From NCBI GenBank assembly GCA_040389905.1, contig JAZJZK010000040.1, forward strand, positions 1 to 41,938: 41,938 nt of DNA, in the 5' to 3' direction. Source of the DNA: Gemmatimonadota bacterium (GTDB lineage: Bacteria; Gemmatimonadota; Gemmatimonadetes; Gemmatimonadales; Gemmatimonadaceae). The stretch's first letter is position 1. Each line of letters starts with the position of its first letter. Below, one piece after another: positions 39,078 to 41,938 of the stretch. Position numbers and translations under genes: made by a program. The notes beneath the pieces are model-generated. The model saw only the letters and a list, made by a program, of their open reading frames with translations. It was not told the DNA's origin and did not search any database.

Positions 39078-41938
39078 ATGCGTCTCTCCCGCTGGCTCGC
39101 CCTCGGCGCGCTGCTTGGTGCGCCTGGCCTCGCGCACGCTCAGAAGAAGGTCTTGACCCAGGCCGACTGGGACCTCTGGAGGTCCATTCAAGGCGCCGCT
39201 ATCTCGAATGACGGCAAGTGGGCGATGTACTCGCTGGTACCGCTCGTCGGCGACGGCGAACTCATCGTCCGCGCCACGCAGGGCGCGACGGAATACAAGG
39301 TCCCGCGCGGCTACCTCGGCCGTCCAAACAACGTGCCCGGCGGTCTGCGCCCACGCGGCGGAAACGCCGAGGATGAACCGCAAGCGGCTACGGTGGCGCC
39401 TGGCCAGTTTTCGCCGGACAGCAAGTTCGGTCTCGTGCTCACCTATCCGACGCGGGCGGAGTTCGACCGCGTGTCACGGAATCGGAGACTCGCGGCGTCG
39501 GTGCAGAACCGCGCTGATCTTGCCATCGTGTCGCTCGCAGACGGCAAGGTCACGACCGTCCCCCGTGTTCGCTCGTTCCGCGTGCCGAACAACGGCGCAT
39601 GGATCGCGTACATCCCTGAGGACACCACTGCCGCTGCAGATTCCACCGGTGGTCGCGCAGGAGGTGCAGGGCGTGGTGGCGCCGGTGGCGGTGCGCCAGC
39701 CGGTCCTCGTCGCCAGTACGGGAACGCGCTCGTCTTGCGCAATCTCTCGACGGGCACGGAAGAACGGTTGACGGACGTCGCGCAGTATTCCTTCGACGAC
39801 AGTGCGAAGGTGATGGCGTACACCGTCATCTCGCGTGACCCGACGAAGGACGGCGCCTACGTCCGGAACATGTCGACCGGAGCGACGTCAACGCTCCTCG
39901 CTGGAGCCGGCGACTACAAGGGACTGACCTTCGACCGAACGGCCAGCCAGATCGCGTTCTTCTCGAACAAGGATGAATTCGGCAAGCCGAAGGCGTCGTT
40001 CACGCTGTATACGGCGAGCCTCAAGGGGGCTGGCGCCACGCCTGTCGTGTCGTCGGCGGATGTACCGAAGGGCATGCGTGTGGCCGATGGGGCGGGCGTC
40101 TCGTTCACGAAAGCCGGCAACGCGATCGCATTCGGTGTGTCGCCGATCCTGCCGGATTCTGTGCCGACGGATTCGCTCACCGGCAAGGCGGTGTTCGACC
40201 TCTGGCATTGGAAAGACCCACAGCTTCAGCCGACGCAGCGCATCAACGCGGCGCGAGATCGCAGCCGCTCGTACCAGAGCCTCTACTATCCGGCGACGAA
40301 GAAGATCGTCGCGCTCGCCGTGGACTCGCTGCCGACGGTCTCCCTCGGTGACGATGGCAAGGTGGTGCTCGGCACATCGCGCGAGCGGTATGCGATCGAG
40401 AGCATGTGGGGCGACGGCGCGACCGACGTCTACGTGATCGACGGCGTGACGGGTGTGGCGAAGGTCGTGCGCGAGAAGATCAGCGGCCAGGCGCAGCTCT
40501 CGCCTGAGGACAAGTACGTCGCCTTCTTCGACAAGGGCCACTGGTTCACGTACAACACCGCGAGCGGAAAGACGGTGAACGTGACCGGCAACATGAAGTC
40601 GGTCCACTTCGACCAGGAAACGCACGATACGCCGAACACGCCGCCGGCGTGGGGCATCGCGGGCTGGACGAAGGGCGACAAGACGATGCTGGTGTACGAT
40701 CGCTTCGACTTGTGGGAACTCGATCCGAACGGTGTGAAGCCCGGCGTGATGGTGACTGACTCACTCGGACGAAAGAACAGCATCACGCTGCGGCTCATGC
40801 GCCTCGGCGCCGGTGGTGGCGGCGGCGGCCGTGGTGGCGGCGGCGGCTTCGGTGGGGGAAGCGACACGGCGAACGTCTACGACGCGATCGGGCAACTGTT
40901 CTTCCGCGCGATGAACGAGGAGACGAAGGCCGCCGGCTTCTATCGCGATCAACTCGGCGCGAACAAGGTGCCGGAGCCAGTCGTCATGGCCGACATCGCG
41001 TGGGGCACGCCGCTCAAGGCGAAGAACGCAGAGCAGTATCTCGTGACGAAGGGCACGTACGTCGACTTCCCGAATCTCTACACGGGCCCGAGTCTCACCA
41101 ATCTGTCGAAGATTTCCGACGCGAATCCGCAGCAGAAAGATTACAACTGGGCCACCGTGGAGCTCGTCCACTGGACGAGCAGCGACGGCCACGAGCAGAA
41201 GGGATTGCTGTACAAGCCCGAGAACTTCGATCCGAAGAAGAAGTATCCACTCGTCTCCTACTTCTACGAGCAGCTCTCCAACAACCTGCACAGCTACGTC
41301 GCGCCCAACGGCCGCAACGTGATCAACCCCACGCACTACGCGTCGAACGGATACCTCGTGTTCGAGCCGGACATTCACTACGAGATCGGCTATCCGGGAC
41401 CGAGCGCGATGAAGTCGATTATCCCCGGCGTGCAGATGTTGATTGGTCGCGGTTACGTGGACTCGAAGCACATGGGTCTTCAGGGGCAGTCGTGGGGCGG
41501 CTACCAGACGCTCTACATGATCACACAGACGCAGATGTTCGCCGCCGCGATGGCGGGCGCGCCGGTCGTGAACATGACGAGCGCGTACGGTGGCATTCGC
41601 TGGGGCACGGGAATTTCGCGCACCGGACAGTACGAGAACGGCCAGAGCCGCATCGGCGGCAGCCTGTGGGAGAATCCCATGCGCTACATCGAGAATTCTC
41701 CGCTCTTCTGGCTCGACAAGGTGACGACGCCGCTGTTCATCATGAACAACGACGCCGACGATGCGGTACCCTGGTACCAGGGCATCGAGACCTTCGTCGC
41801 GATGCGCCGTCTCGGCAAGGAAGCGTACTTCATCGACTACAACAACGATGTCCACAACCCGGCGAGTCGCGCGAACCAGAAAGACATCGCGATGCGCATG
41901 CAGCAGTTCTTCGACAACAAGCTGAAGGGTGCGCCGGC
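39078..41938 (+). CDS. S9 family peptidase (acylaminoacyl-peptidase-like), 3'-truncated by the window
   Basis: ATG 39078 gives signal MRLSRWLALGALLGAPGLAHA. In-frame GQSWGGY near 41484, NDADDAVPWYQG and YNNDVHN. No stop in the window, so the ORF track missed it. Confidence 0.9.
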   Translation, partial: MRLSRWLALGALLGAPGLAHAQKKVLTQADWDLWRSIQGAAISNDGKWAMYSLVPLVGDGELIVRATQGATEYKVPRGYLGRPNNVPGGLRPRGGNAEDEPQAATVAPGQFSPDSKFGLVLTYPTRAEFDRVSRNRRLAASVQNRADLAIVSLADGKVTTVPRVRSFRVPNNGAWIAYIPEDTTAAADSTGGRAGGAGRGGAGGGAPAGPRRQYGNALVLRNLSTGTEERLTDVAQYSFDDSAKVMAYTVISRDPTKDGAYVRNMSTGATSTLLAGAGDYKGLTFDRTASQIAFFSNKDEFGKPKASFTLYTASLKGAGATPVVSSADVPKGMRVADGAGVSFTKAGNAIAFGVSPILPDSVPTDSLTGKAVFDLWHWKDPQLQPTQRINAARDRSRSYQSLYYPATKKIVALAVDSLPTVSLGDDGKVVLGTSRERYAIESMWGDGATDVYVIDGVTGVAKVVREKISGQAQLSPEDKYVAFFDKGHWFTYNTASGKTVNVTGNMKSVHFDQETHDTPNTPPAWGIAGWTKGDKTMLVYDRFDLWELDPNGVKPGVMVTDSLGRKNSITLRLMRLGAGGGGGGRGGGGGFGGGSDTANVYDAIGQLFFRAMNEETKAAGFYRDQLGANKVPEPVVMADIAWGTPLKAKNAEQYLVTKGTYVDFPNLYTGPSLTNLSKISDANPQQKDYNWATVELVHWTSSDGHEQKGLLYKPENFDPKKKYPLVSYFYEQLSNNLHSYVAPNGRNVINPTHYASNGYLVFEPDIHYEIGYPGPSAMKSIIPGVQMLIGRGYVDSKHMGLQGQSWGGYQTLYMITQTQMFAAAMAGAPVVNMTSAYGGIRWGTGISRTGQYENGQSRIGGSLWENPMRYIENSPLFWLDKVTTPLFIMNNDADDAVPWYQGIETFVAMRRLGKEAYFIDYNNDVHNPASRANQKDIAMRMQQFFDNKLKGAP

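Noticed and set aside
40761..41855. 364-aa minus ORF and neighbouring minus ORFs at 39-41.8 kb
   Set aside because: Shadows of the plus-strand S9 peptidase that runs off the window.

Overview
GC-rich bacterial chromosomal window. Gene content and style suggest Gemmatimonadota (inference): S9 peptidases with Gly-rich inserts, a membrane Ser/Thr kinase, a carboxypeptidase-regulatory-domain barrel protein and a PEP-CTERM protein. The housekeeping backbone is gpmI, queD, fdhE-like/mobA/dacB/moeA, acyl-CoA dehydrogenase, etfB/etfA, a membrane Fe-S oxidoreductase, an IDH-family dehydrogenase and cstA/ybdD. Two non-canonical BlaI + M56 (BlaR1-like) signalling modules are embedded in it. Module 1 (13.5-17.3 kb) is BlaI, an M56 protease with an extracytoplasmic HEAT-repeat solenoid, and an exported HEAT protein, behind a sigma70 promoter carrying two classic TACAnnTGTA operators. 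Module 2 (22.2-28.1 kb) is BlaI, a short M56, a 1233-aa TonB-dependent-receptor-like barrel with an unusual C-terminal helical domain, and a small secreted protein. All three transcription units of module 2 share an AAAC-N16-GTGTCCAAC (ECF-sigma-like) promoter whose -10 is overlapped by a variant operator, TCCAAC(A/G)nn(T/C)GTTGGA. Other observations: a Rex/CRP-type palindrome at etfB, two families of intergenic repeats, a GAF-domain gene remnant, and two genes missing from the supplied ORF track (ybdD-like and a 3'-truncated S9 peptidase). No rRNA, tRNA, CRISPR array or transposase was recognised.
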